A program made the position numbers and the translations under genes. From Phoronis australis (taxonomy: Eukaryota > Animalia > Phoronida), in the NCBI GenBank assembly GCA_002633005.1, contig NMRA01000043.1:462018-526017 (forward strand): a DNA stretch of 64,000 nt, given 5' to 3'. Position 1 is the stretch's first letter. Each line of letters begins with the position of its first letter. Below are positions 22,301 to 33,430 of this stretch, in pieces. The notes beneath the pieces were generated by a model. That model did not search any database. It was not told the origin of the DNA and worked only from the letters and a program-made list of their open reading frames with translations.

Positions 22301-25300
22301 TTTTCAGATAGATTCGACATAGTTTGCGCCACCTAGTGGCCATTTTTAGTGTTTTTGAGTCTGTTTTTGTGCGTCCACCCCTCTATCAACCAAACCGTTC
22401 AAAGGATGATTGTGAAAATTGGCATGTATATGCTTACTATGTAGAGGACGGTTGACGTTGATTTTCCAACGATTTCGACTACTGTGGCACCTCCTAGTGG
22501 CAGTTTTTTGTTTTTTTGCGCCTATGGCTGTTTCTCCTAAACCGTTCACAGGATCTTTACGAAATTGTGTAAGTATATTTATATGATGTTAACAATGGAA
22601 GATGACGAATTTTGGACGGATCCGACTACCAGTGTGCCCCCTAGTGGCAATTTTATTATTTTACGTTTACCTTTGTATCTTTAAAAATCCTTAACGGAAT
22701 ATTCATGAAATTTAATATGTAGGCACCTATTAGTGAGATGACACTATCCACCCGTTTTCGGATGGATTCAACGTAGTTTGCGCCACCTAGTGGCCATTTT
22801 TACTGTTTTCAAGTCTGTATTTTTGCGTCCACCCCTCTATCAACCAAACCGCTCAAATGATGATTGTGAAAATTGGCATGTATGTGCTTACTATAAAGAG
22901 GACAGCTGACAATGATTTTCAGACGATTTGGACTACTGTGGTGCCTCCTAGTGGCAGTTTTGTTTTTTTTTGCGCCTATGGCTGTATCTCCTAAACCATT
23001 CGCAGGATCTTTATGAAATTTAGTAAGTGTATTTATATGATGTTAACAACAGACGATGACAACTTTTGGACGGATTCGTCTACCAGTGTGCCCCCTAGTG
23101 GCAATTTTATTTTTTTACGTTTACCTCTGTATCTTCACAAGTCCTTAACGGATTTTCATGAAATTTGGTATGTAGGCACCTATTAGTGCGATGACGCTAT
23201 CCTCCCGTTTTCGGATGGATTCGACCTAGTTTGCGACACCCAGTGGCCATTTTTACTGTTTTTGAGTCTGTTTTTTTGACGTCCACCCTTTTATCAACCA
23301 AACCGCTCTAAGTATGATTGTGAAAATTGGCATGTATGTTCTTACTATGAAGAGGACGGTTGACGCTGAATTTCCCATGACTTTGATTACTGTGGAGCCT
23401 CCTAGTGGCATTTTTTTGTGCCCATGGCTGTATCTCCCAAACCGTTTGCAGGATCTTTACTAAATTTAGCAAGTGTATTTATGTGATGTTGACAATGGAC
23501 GATGACGACTTTAGGATGATTCTGACTACCAGTATGCCTCTAGTGACAATTTTAGTATTTTACATTGACCTCTGTATTTTCATAGGTCTTCCATTTTGCA
23601 AAGTACAACATACTACATATATGTCCTCTACTGGCCACTTTATGGTACCAATAAACAACCCTAGAAGGATACCGTATACGGTGCATCTGTGGGCGCATTT
23701 CAACACTCTGCGTTGCTCTTATATAATTTATTCTTCAAACATAACAATGCAGATAGTTAACCGTAATATTGCAGCAATGACATTCAAATTTTGTATTAGT
23801 AAAATGTAAACACTAGTTTTAAGGTAGTTGACATGATACACATACACACATGAGTCACCCAGTGCAGACCCACACATACACACATGAGTCACCCAGTGCA
23901 GACCCACACATACACACATGAGTCACCCAGTGCAGACCCACACATACACACATCAGTCACCCAGTGCAGACCCACACATACACACATCAGTCACCCAGTG
24001 CAGACCCACACATACACATGTCAATCACCCAGTGCAGGCCCCACTCAACTTAATTTTAAGTGTGCAATATAAACCTGTATCAGTGAATAGATAAGTTTGT
24101 CAGCAAAGATAGACTCCCACGATTTCCAGAATTCCTTTAGTTCATTTGGATTTTTTTGCTTTAAAATAAAATTTATTTTCAAATAATTAATAAAAACATT
24201 TGAAGTAAAGGCATTCTTTTTAATTTTTGAAATGTTTGTTCAATATTTCTCGTGCATTACAAACCAGTTGAGTTTTCTTTTTTGAACGGAGTTACAAAGA
24301 GTATTGCCTTTCTTTCCAATTGGAGTTCAGGGTTGACCTCCGCTGATAGCAGATTCTCAATGTCACACCAAAAAGAGCACGTGACGCAACAGTCTACAAA
24401 TAAGTGTTCAGTTGTCACACATTCGTTCTTACAGAAAGTACAAGAATCAGAATCAACATATTTTATTTTAAACAACCAAGCGTTGTAGGGAAGGATCCTA
24501 TGCAGCACTTTGTATTGAAACTGGCATACTTTTGTATCATTTACACTTAAAAGAGGGATTTTATATAGTATCCTCCACATATAAGGATCAAAAATGTATC
24601 CTACGTCCTCTAATTTCTGAGCAGTAGGCTTCAGAGAATTCTTATTTAATACATTATAAATACATTTACATCCACATTGATCAACAAGTAGGGTGGTCAA
24701 TGAAGATGGAATAATTGGTCATTTTGTAATTGGGATAATTTTTTTCAAGAAAGGCCTTTACTTAGCTGACTGAAGAAAGGTATCGCAAAAAATCAACTTT
24801 TACGTTTCTTCTACAGAAGTGATGGTATGAAAGGAAAGTACCATTACTATCCAAAATGTGATTAAAATGACAAATATATTTCTGTAAAAAGATTCCTCAT
24901 AAAAAGGTTGCTTGCCTACTAGAACTTTACTGTAGTTGTCTAAAATATTTACAGAAACAATTCTGCATTCTTGCTTGTCTACATTGTCACACTGTTTTCT
25001 AATTAAAGATGCCCAATGTTGTAAACATTCACGCCAAAATTTGTTATTAACATTTAATTTGCTCGTCAAGAAAAAATCTCCGTGTTTTAAAGTTTCATTC
25101 TTTGCTATACCGAACTCTGCCTCAACAAGTAGTGTCTACTTGGATTGAGAAGTAAAAAGTCTCCTTGTCCAAGAAAGTTTAAGAGCTACATTAATAAAAA
25201 TGTTTCAGGTCGATTATATTAACCCCCCTTCTTTGATGCTTTTTGTCAATATACCTCTGTTAATCTTGCCTGGTTTTGTTATTCCAAATATATTTGAAAA

Positions 25301-28300
25301 ACAAATTGTTCACTTTATTTTAAAAAGTTGGAGATGAACTAAGTTATGGAGATAATCAATGGTTAATTTTGGAAATAACAAATAACCATCACTTTACCAA
25401 ATAATTATTTCAATCTTTAATTTGTTGTGTTCTATCTTGTGATGTGTGTTTTATTCACAGAGCAACTGTCCAGTGGTAGGCATGGATACACAGATCAACA
25501 TAATGCATTAAAGATGTGTTTGCATGCTCCTAACTATGCTAATGTAAAGCAGGAACTAAACCACAATGCTATTTGAACATCATTTGCGCTAAACAAAGTG
25601 CAGTTGTATTCATTGACAACTTGTAGATGTGAAAACAAAAAATTCTGCAAATAGGTGACCTTTGCACTAATGACATATTTGGAGGCTCACGTAGCCCACA
25701 TCATGCAGTGTTATTCCCCTACACCACGTCATTATACTTACTGGACATGGTTGAGTGATTTATGGCTAATCATTTTCGCCACATAACTCGTTCATGAAAA
25801 CACTTGGCAACTTTCAACCTACTTCATATTCACATCATCGCTATATGTTGTGTTTCTAACTAATTTGACCAAGCAATCACAGGTATAAGTAATTAGCCTG
25901 TAAGCTGCACACTAATCATTGTGTACATTAAAGCCCAGTGACAAGGGTTCACTCTGTTCAATAGAATTATGTTATATTTTCAACACTACTTGTAATACGT
26001 AAAGTGAGGGTGACATCTTCATTGAAGACACTGCTCAGTGTTTACCGGGTATGGTTTGTAATGGTATCATTATGTTGTATGGATTGTGATGTTATCACTA
26101 ATGTTGTATGGTTTGTAATGTTATCACTAATGTTGTATGGTTTGTAATGTTATCACTTATGTTGTATGGTTTGTAATGTTATCACTAATGTTGTATGGTT
26201 TGTAATGTTATCATTATGTTGTATGGTTTGTAATGTTATCACTAATGTTGTATGGTTTGTAATGCTATCATAAATGTTGTATTTTTGCCCCAGGTTTCGT
26301 CCGACTTTAACCACATGTCTATGCCAGATCTGTGGCTACAGACAACTGATCCAGGATGTGGAGCGGGTGAGAAAGACCCAGTTTAACCCACTTAACAATG
26401 ATGATGAACGACTGTTACTTGAGGTTGGTCCTGGTTGGGCATAAATTGAGATTGAATTTGCTTCCCCCCCTGTGCCGAAGCTCAAAACCTTTTACTTGAA
26501 GTCTAACAAAAGAACTATTTTTTAAAGCTGCGTTTTACTGATACTTAGCTGTTAATGCTGAATTCTTAACAGAAGCGTTTGGGTTTAAACACATTACCAC
26601 CAGGCCTTTATGCAGCGTACGTCCTGGGCGTCCAAATGGACGCCCTAGCACTAATCTGGACGCCCTGGCAAGGACGCCCAATGTATCATTTGGACGCCCA
26701 CTGTCTATAGAGACCTTTCAAGTTTGGACTCACACATTGTAATAACTACTAGGAAGCCTCTGAAGGCTAACAGTGGGCGCTCTTTTTTCAAAGCAGGAAG
26801 AAATATACAATGTATATACAAAGTATAAGCATTGTTGCTATTTTGACACTTGATTGACAGCATTGTAAAGTCTTGGTCTACACAATTTTTTTAGTAAAAA
26901 TGCTCACCATAGAAGGCTGTTTTATAAATTTAGATGTAAAAACCTTGATCTATGCATTTTTTTGTAAAAAAATCTGTGTGTTTGGGGGTATTGCTGGGGG
27001 TGGGGGGTTACGCGTCGGAATCATGGACGCCCTGGAATATTGGGAACCCCATTTTGGACACCCTATTTTCAAAATCCTGGATAAAGGCCTGATTACCACT
27101 TGTGTATTAGTGCTGAGTGAGCCGGGAACTCAAGTCACAAGCAATGCATTCATGCACCATCTTCCAATTTGCAGTTTTAGGGTTGGCCAACTCCATGCTG
27201 TAAACTCTAAACCGTTTTCTGAGTCTCGGATGATTTTGATGATCTTGTCGTTAACTGTAGGGAATATTATTAGGCTGATTTTATGAGAGTAAAAAGACCC
27301 GATTTGATTTTCATTTTTAGCTTGCTTAAAAGGGTGAAATGCATCATTAAATTGAAAAAAATTATTTTGCAACATTATTGTGCATATATGCATTACTAAT
27401 GTAAAATATTTCATCTGCCTACCTAGCCATATCGGGTATAGGGCAAGCAAAGCATCTTAAGTTATGTCCTCATTTGTTTTTATGTGTTTGCTATTATTTG
27501 TAACTTAAATTAAACAATCTGGCAATTAAAAAAATTGTTATTCCTGTGCAGATCAGTTTCCATTTGATATGTGATTAAACCTAGCTAGACAAACTGTGGT
27601 CACTCTGGATGTGCTTACAACAGCCATCTGGGCTCAAAACATCTAAGCAAGACTCGATTCGAAAGTGAATCCATCATGTGGTACAGTACGCCAAGTGCTC
27701 AGCCAATTATCAAGTCAAGCTAGTTGGTCTTGGCCTCCAGTTAAATTGGGGACAGGTAGCCTGCTTGTGTGCACTTGGTCTAGGCCTCCAGTTAAATTGG
27801 GGACAGGTAGCCTGCTTGTGTGCACTTGGTCTTGGCCTCCAGTTAAATTGGGGACAGGTAGCCTGCTTGTGTGCACTTGGTCTAGGCTTCCAGTTAAGTT
27901 GGGGACAGGTAGCCTGCTTGTGTGCACTTGGTCTAGGCCTCCAGTTAAGTTGGGGACAGGTAGTCTGCTTGTATGCACTTGGTCTAGGCCTCCAGGTAAA
28001 TTGGGGACAGGTAGCCTGCTTGTGTGCACTTCTGTTAATCATATACTGTCACTGCGTCTAGTGCAGCAACACTTGAAGTACAGACTGTCTACATTAAAAA
28101 GCATCCACAGTGAAGTGAATTGCTTCATGGGCATTTTGGGATTTTTTAATAATTTTTAATATAAACTCACAGCTATGTACACTGTTTCTTGGTTTTGCAA
28201 GTTTAGAGGAAATGTAGTGTGATTGGAATGAATCAGTCAGGTGTGTGACTGTTATTTGGTCTGAAAATAAATATACAATGACAATACCTGTGAGTTGTAT

Positions 28301-31300
28301 GTCATTCCATTGTGTAGACCTGCCAAGAAACAAGTAAAACATTTAATGAATATTCATGATGTCATCTGGTTGAGGTAGAGGTCACCCACAGCTTTAGTTT
28401 AGTAATCCTCTCTGCACTTGTGGTATTGCTTTAAACAAGTGGGGCACTAGTGAAGACCAATTTCCCCCCTTTTCATTCTGTTACTATTGCTATTGACAAT
28501 GTGTTGACTCTTTTCAAGCTTTGGAACAAGCTGATGCCTGACACTCCATTGGAGTCGCGCATTACTAAGCAGTGGGATCAGATTGGTTTCCAAGGAGACG
28601 ACCCTCAAACTGACTTCAGAGGCATGGGAATGCTTGGCTTATTGAATCTCTGGTGAGAGTAGTAATTTTGTGAAATGTTTATTTTTTGTTATTAATTGGT
28701 GCAATGCATATCACAGGCTGCCCCTTAAAACAAGTATGTTTTACAGTAGTGGGCATTGATGGGGTGTTGTGGTTTTATCACTGGAAATGCATGTTTACCT
28801 TCTTTTGCATGAAAAAGGAAATTGAATGATATTGGTTCTGGAAACAAATCTTGACGTAATGTAATGATCATATGAAATGTAGTAAGAACTGTTGCTACAA
28901 TGAAAAAAGAATGTTAGAGAATATCTCTGTGAATTTTGTTTTCATTCTCTGGTTTGTGTTTGCTTTAGTCAGGAACAGTCACTCATTTTACTCAATCAAG
29001 GTGTTAATACACCATCTGTTGGCCGTCGTGCCTGAAGTCAAAGTGAAAATACTAAGGGATTTTGTTAACCTCAATATTTCAGTATGCGATCTGCCTCTTT
29101 CCACATAGCCTCACCTTGTCACCGCTTCATTCCAGTTTCTTTGTTGACCAGTACACAACTGCTGCAAGAAAGATACTGTCTCAGTCTCACCATCCAAAAC
29201 ATGGGTGAGTAGTTAGTTCTGTGGTTAGAATATGTTTGCTAAACTTATGCAGGACATTATCAGCCGGTCTGTATTTAGCTTAATAACTACAAATTATAGA
29301 TGTTAACTCGGCAAAAGTACGCATTTCCTGAAAGTAGAAATCTTGTTGAATTTCATTTGGCCATCTGCCGTTGAGTCACGTGACTATTGCATATTTTATT
29401 TTGCATAACTTAGAAGAAAAAAGAGAGGTACATTGATAGCAAATCAACAGTATCAAAAGAATTTCATTTGATGTTTGTGGTGAAATCTCAAAAATGCTGT
29501 TACAGTTTTTTTATTTTTTGTTTTTGTTTTGTACAACTGTCCAGTTTGTTCATGAAAATGATAAAAATCTTATTTTTGAGGTCTCCTCAGGAGGCAAAAG
29601 GTGTTCATTTTAAGAACAATTCCCAATATCACTTTGTAGAACAGTGCATTAAGAATTGTAGTTGAAAATTTCATGTGAATCCAAACAGCCACTCGTGAAA
29701 TGGGATATTCCCAAGTTGGCAATAGCTAGAATTTTTCTAAGTGATTCTTTATTAACGTTAAAGCAAGGAAGAGTGAAGGCCTGCTTGACTTGTGCATTTT
29801 AAGTTTTGGTTGGCAGTGTTTAGGAAAAAATTTGTGAATTAGTTTAGCATGACATTTTTGCTTGTTATGGATTTCCACAAAAGTGAATTTTACCAATCTA
29901 TTTTCTCGAAATTTTAAATTTGATTGTGAAAATCATGCACTTAGAGGTCTTTATAAGACTGAAAAATGGGCGACTTAAGTAAAATGAGGTGAGCACATTG
30001 GGCAGAAAATGAATGCTTTTTGGAAATAAAAGCTCAATATTTTTCAAGTTATAAAAGCTCATTTCCTGATTATAAGAGTTTATTTATGCAGATATAAAAG
30101 CTAGAATGCAGCAGAGAAGCTTTCAACAAATTTTTACCTTCTTGATGGATGAATTAGCTCTATGAACTTTGTGCCCATAACAATAAAATTGGGCTCTTCT
30201 CACTAAAATGTATTTGAAGTAATGTAAGATCGTGGAAAAATACTAAAGTTTGGCGAACTTTGGTGTAGTACATCTCCAAAGTAGCTGATTGTATTCATAT
30301 GAATCTTTGACATATTATGGTTTATACACTGTTCCCTAAAACAATATTAGGAATTGTTTTTAAAATGTTCCACTTTTGCTTTGAGGCTATCAAAAACTAG
30401 GACTTTTGTGGCTATAAACACTCATAAAAATGATAATTTAGAAAAGCGTATCAATGTTTTTGAGATTTTATCATTTGTATCAAGCTAAATTTAGTCACTT
30501 TGTTGAATACCATTCTTTTGCTTTGTACAGTTCTTTGTTTGTTAAGTTATACAAAAAAAGACATGATCACATGACTCAATCAACTCTGCAGACTTCTTAC
30601 TTTTAGAAAATACTTATGTACTTTCACTGTGTTAAATTGAAGTTTTGAGAGTATTTGGCTAAATGTACTGAATTGCAGGTAAGAGTTTTTAGCCTTAAAT
30701 TATACTTAGACTCTAGCATCATTTCTTAACAGTGTTTTTCATTCCATTCTTTAATTTCTCACATTTTTGTCCAGTTTTTTGACATTTGCCTATTTCACTC
30801 ATACAGGTTCTCATTCGCCATTGTGGGCATCAATCTAACTCAGTTAGCCAATCAACTGCTGATATCGGGAGCACTCAAGACACACCTCTACAACCTAGTG
30901 CAGAGCAAACCCAGACTGGAGCACTTTCACCAAGTCTACTGTATGTCACGCTTACTGTTCTTGTTCTATCTCACTAGCAGTTCCCGTTTAAAAGGATACT
31001 AAATCATGATTTGATGATTTCAACCAATCATTCTGTCACTTGCTAATGCATCATTCACATCAGTCTTGAAATACAAAAGCCGGAATCAGCTAAAAACTCA
31101 TACTCCCTATTTCACAAATTGCCCTATTTCACAAATTGGACTTTATGGTCCTTGGTGGGGGTCTTTTTCACAGGTCACGCTTGCCCATATAGCAAACTTT
31201 GAAAGGAGTTTTCAAAGTTTCCTCCAAACTTTTGAGGGTTCTCGAGGGTTACAGAACAATATTTCTTTTCAAACAACTGGATGGGAAAGTCGTTTTTAGC

Positions 31301-32298
31301 ATCTGTTAATAGCCGGCCAAAACTGGGTTTGGTATCCTTTCAAGTTATGTCTCAAAACTGGGTCCAAAACTAAAATTAGGTCAGGTCTTATAACCAAGTC
31401 ATTTGCCAAATTTGGTCAAGTCACAAAACTGAGTTACATCTCGAAATGAAACAATTTAAAGTATCAAAGTAAATAAATTTCTAATTCCATCACATATCAT
31501 TCCTAGAAATTTCAACTAAATGAAACACTGGTTCAGGATTTTCAAGGCTCACCATCCTCACAAACTGCAAACTAAGACTGCAGGACCTGATTGAAAGGTC
31601 TGCATATTTAGCCAAAAATCTACAAAACTATTGGTTCCAACTCATTAACAAGTTTACATTTTCTGAAAGTAGAAAGCCTGTAGAATTTGATTTTTGACTT
31701 TTCATCAGTTTATTATAAATTGGGTCATGCGACCATGTCAATAAGTTATTCGACGTAAAACACTGTTACAGTTTTCTTAAACATCATTTCGTTTTTGCTT
31801 TATACAACTTTTAAGTTTTTTCATGAATTCTACAAAAGGGCTATTTTGATAGGCCATCATTAAAAGGGAAAACACTTTAAAAGCAATTCTTTCTAGGTTT
31901 ATGGAGACCAGTGCACCAAGCAGAGTATCTGGAAGTTTCATATGAATCCAATCGGCTGTTTCTGAGATTTGATGTTGCAAAGTTATCCAAATTTGGACAT
32001 TTTTAGGGTCCTACCATGTGTTAAACTTTTTGCTTTTTCTGTGATGTATCCATATTTTTAACTGAAAGCACTTTTGACCTTTGAAACTGTAGCTTAATGG
32101 GACTCTGTGTTCTTCTTGTTACTTTCAGGTTATCTGTTCTACGAGTTTAGCAAGCTATGGTTTGAAGAGAAACCGAACATTATGGAGTTTAACATGGTAC
32201 GAGATAAGTTTGAAAAGACAGTTAAAAGAAGGCTTAAAGACAAATCCTGCATTCTACACTGTTCATTTATGTCTTCGACATCACCACATGTGAAGTGA
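19177..32298 (+). CDS. ELMOD2: ELMO domain-containing protein 2-like (Arf/Arl GTPase-activating protein), 7 coding exons, 307 aa
   Basis: join(19177-19336,21280-21406,26294-26423,28519-28652,29136-29204,30807-30940,32129-32298) = 924 nt. All introns are GT-AG and phase-consistent. Motifs include TGKCELLRI, QICGYRQL, the catalytic QWDQIGFQGDDPQTDFRGMGMLGL, SFAIVGINLT and CYLFYEFSKLWFEEKP. Confidence 0.95.
19479..19603 (+). repeat. 30-bp minisatellite x4
   Basis: Unit GT(G/T)TGAATAATTACCATAATCATTATAAAA. Confidence 0.95.
21280..21406 (+). CDS. ELMOD2: ELMOD2 coding exon 2
   Basis: CTCTTGTAG| EYSLKHSKTGALKQILVDDDVNIESVVSTIMTIKLVKPEVHP |GTAAGT. Confidence 0.9.
21428..21503 (+). repeat. ~39-bp tandem duplication
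   Basis: GTCA(T/A)GTCAGACTTTAAGGAAGGCCTGATGCTCCC-type unit present twice, just inside the intron after ELMOD2 coding exon 2. Confidence 0.85.
21625..21800 (+). mobile_element. tRNA-derived SINE fragment
   Basis: B-box-like GGGTTCAACCTC followed by the core-like GTGTGCCCTTGAGCAAGGCACTTAA, typical of conserved-core invertebrate SINEs (recalled). Confidence 0.55.
21983..23720 (+). mobile_element. Helentron-associated non-autonomous element (HINE/DINE-1/pearl-like) with internal satellite array
   Basis: T-run, then 5' subTIR ATGCGCCCACA with a nearby inverted copy TGTGGACGCAT. (GTCC)n microsatellite at ~22034. About 10 core repeats of ~150 bp. 3' subTIR TGTGGGCGCAT at 23688-23698, then a terminal hairpin CAACAC..GCGTTG. 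Confidence 0.85.
23838..24043 (+). repeat. 34-bp minisatellite x~6
   Basis: Unit CATACACACATGAGTCACCCAGTGCAGACCCACA. Confidence 0.95.
24165..25390 (-). mobile_element. L1/Tx1-clade LINE ORF2 3' fragment (degenerate)
   Basis: FQYKVLHRILPYNAWLFKIKYVDSDSCTFCKNECVTTEHLFVDC is a zf-RVT-like C-terminal domain. Also NNKFWRECLQHW and a GGL.I/ALKLSW-type remnant. Confidence 0.85.
26048..26282 (+). repeat. ~29-bp minisatellite x~8 abutting an ELMOD2 acceptor
   Basis: Unit TGTTGTATGGTTTGTAATGTTATCACTAA. Confidence 0.95.
26294..26423 (+). CDS. ELMOD2: ELMOD2 coding exon 3
   Basis: CCCCAG| FRPTLTTCLCQICGYRQLIQDVERVRKTQFNPLNNDDERLLLE |GTTGGT. Confidence 0.9.
26601..27091. mobile_element. hAT-family MITE
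   Basis: TIR CAGGCCTTTAT / ATAAAGGCCTG. Perfect 8-bp TSD ATTACCAC on both sides. Repeated subterminal GGACGCCC motifs. Confidence 0.92.
27725..28031 (+). repeat. 51-bp minisatellite x6
   Basis: Unit TGGTCT(T/A)GGCCTCCAGTTAAATTGGGGACAGGTAGCCTGCTTGTGTGCACT. It explains the repetitive ORFs seen in four frames. Confidence 0.95.
28519..28652 (+). CDS. ELMOD2: ELMOD2 coding exon 4 (GAP arginine motif)
   Basis: TTTTCAAG| LWNKLMPDTPLESRITKQWDQIGFQGDDPQTDFRGMGMLGLLNL |GTGAGA. Confidence 0.95.
29136..29204 (+). CDS. ELMOD2: ELMOD2 coding exon 5
   Basis: TTCCAG| FFVDQYTTAARKILSQSHHPKHG |GTGAGT. Confidence 0.9.
29265..30670. mobile_element. Old foldback/MITE-like element with long degenerate terminal inverted repeats (related fragment at ~31595-31990)
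   Basis: Left TATTTAGC..GTAC..TTTCCTGAAAGTA..GAGTCACGTGAC..GCATAACTTAG mirrors right TAAGTTATAC..ATCACATGACTC..TACTTTTTAGAAAA..GTAC..GCTAAATG. Confidence 0.5.
30807..30940 (+). CDS. ELMOD2: ELMOD2 coding exon 6
   Basis: ATACAG| FSFAIVGINLTQLANQLLISGALKTHLYNLVQSKPRLEHFHQVY |GTATGT. Confidence 0.93.
32129..32298 (+). CDS. ELMOD2: ELMOD2 terminal coding exon
   Basis: TTTCAG| YLFYEFSKLWFEEKPNIMEFNMVRDKFEKTVKRRLKDKSCILHCSFMSSTSPHVK*. Confidence 0.93.
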
Positions 32299-32932
32299 AA
32301 TATTTGCAATATTAAAATTCTGAAAGATATTAAAAGACAATGAAAGTCAGTATTTTAGAAACTCTTGTTTGTGCTTACCAAAGGACAGAGTCTGTTCTAC
32401 TCGCATCTTGTTTGTTGCACACATGAATACAACTGATGCAGGTAAAGAGATAGTAATATCTTATTAGAATGAAATACCTTCTTCAATTGAACTGAATTGC
32501 CTATGCGAATTGGCTGTAAATAAGCAGTTTAGGCTTAAGAAGCATTCTTGGTTCTGGTTTGTACCTCGAAACCTTAAAAAAGTACCCTCCAACATCAATT
32601 TCAGTCAAGATCTGGTGCCTATTAAGCAAAATTTGTTGAACACACGACAATGTTTATGCTTAATAATTTTCAACAATATTTGCTTGAGCTTGCTGTCTCT
32701 TTGTCAGTCCTACCTGGTGCAACTGCAGAGCAGGTGACCAAGAGAGCTAAGAAATAGCAAGTGTAAGCAAGTTTTTTAGTGACGTAATTTGACAAACGAT
32801 GTGTAAAAAACAAATCCCACAAAATCTTTGCTTGGGTGGCTTTTCATTGCTGAAAAACTGCGCAACTAAGAAAATATCGCACCATCGTAACCAACTGTTT
32901 TTTTGGCCTTACAAAAGAACAAACATTCCCCC

Positions 32933-33430
32933 CAGATACCCTCAATAAGATCCTTAGCATTTACTTGTAGTCTGTAAACGTAATGGCTTTCGCTTGGTCT
33001 TATATAGGGTTAATATTTAATACTAATCTGTGAGCAATATTGTGTTGTATATTTTTGATATGTCTAATGATATGTAGTTGATGTTGTTGTGTTTGAAAAA
33101 CTGCAAGGTTTGAAATTACTGATTTCCCATGCAACAAGTAACAAATGGCTCATATTTATTAAGCTCGTATCAGTTAAAGTTTTATTTTTTTAAAAACTGA
33201 GTAACCAAAATGAATACAGCCTTACCAATTGAATTTTTAAAGAAAATGTGAACTAACTGCTTTTTTCTGTTATCTTACATAAGGACAAACAGTTTACCTA
33301 GATACAACGGCTCAATAAGATCATCAGCCTTTTACTTGCCGTGAATTAATTTGCCGTGTTCTAATTAGGATTAATGTTTAATACTAATCTTTGAGCTGTA
33401 TTATGTTGTATATTTTTGAAAATGTCTAAA
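32933..33430 (+). repeat. Diverged ~135-bp direct repeat in the presumed ELMOD2 3'UTR
   Basis: CTCAATAAGATC..TTTACTTG..TTAATACTAATCT.TGAGC..TGTTGTATATTTTTGA..TGTCTAA at ~32935-33068 and ~33300-33429. AATAAA at ~33580. Confidence 0.7.

Noticed and set aside
27665-28159. Repetitive 100-164-aa ORFs in four frames
   Set aside because: A by-product of a 51-bp (multiple-of-3) intronic minisatellite. No start or splice support.
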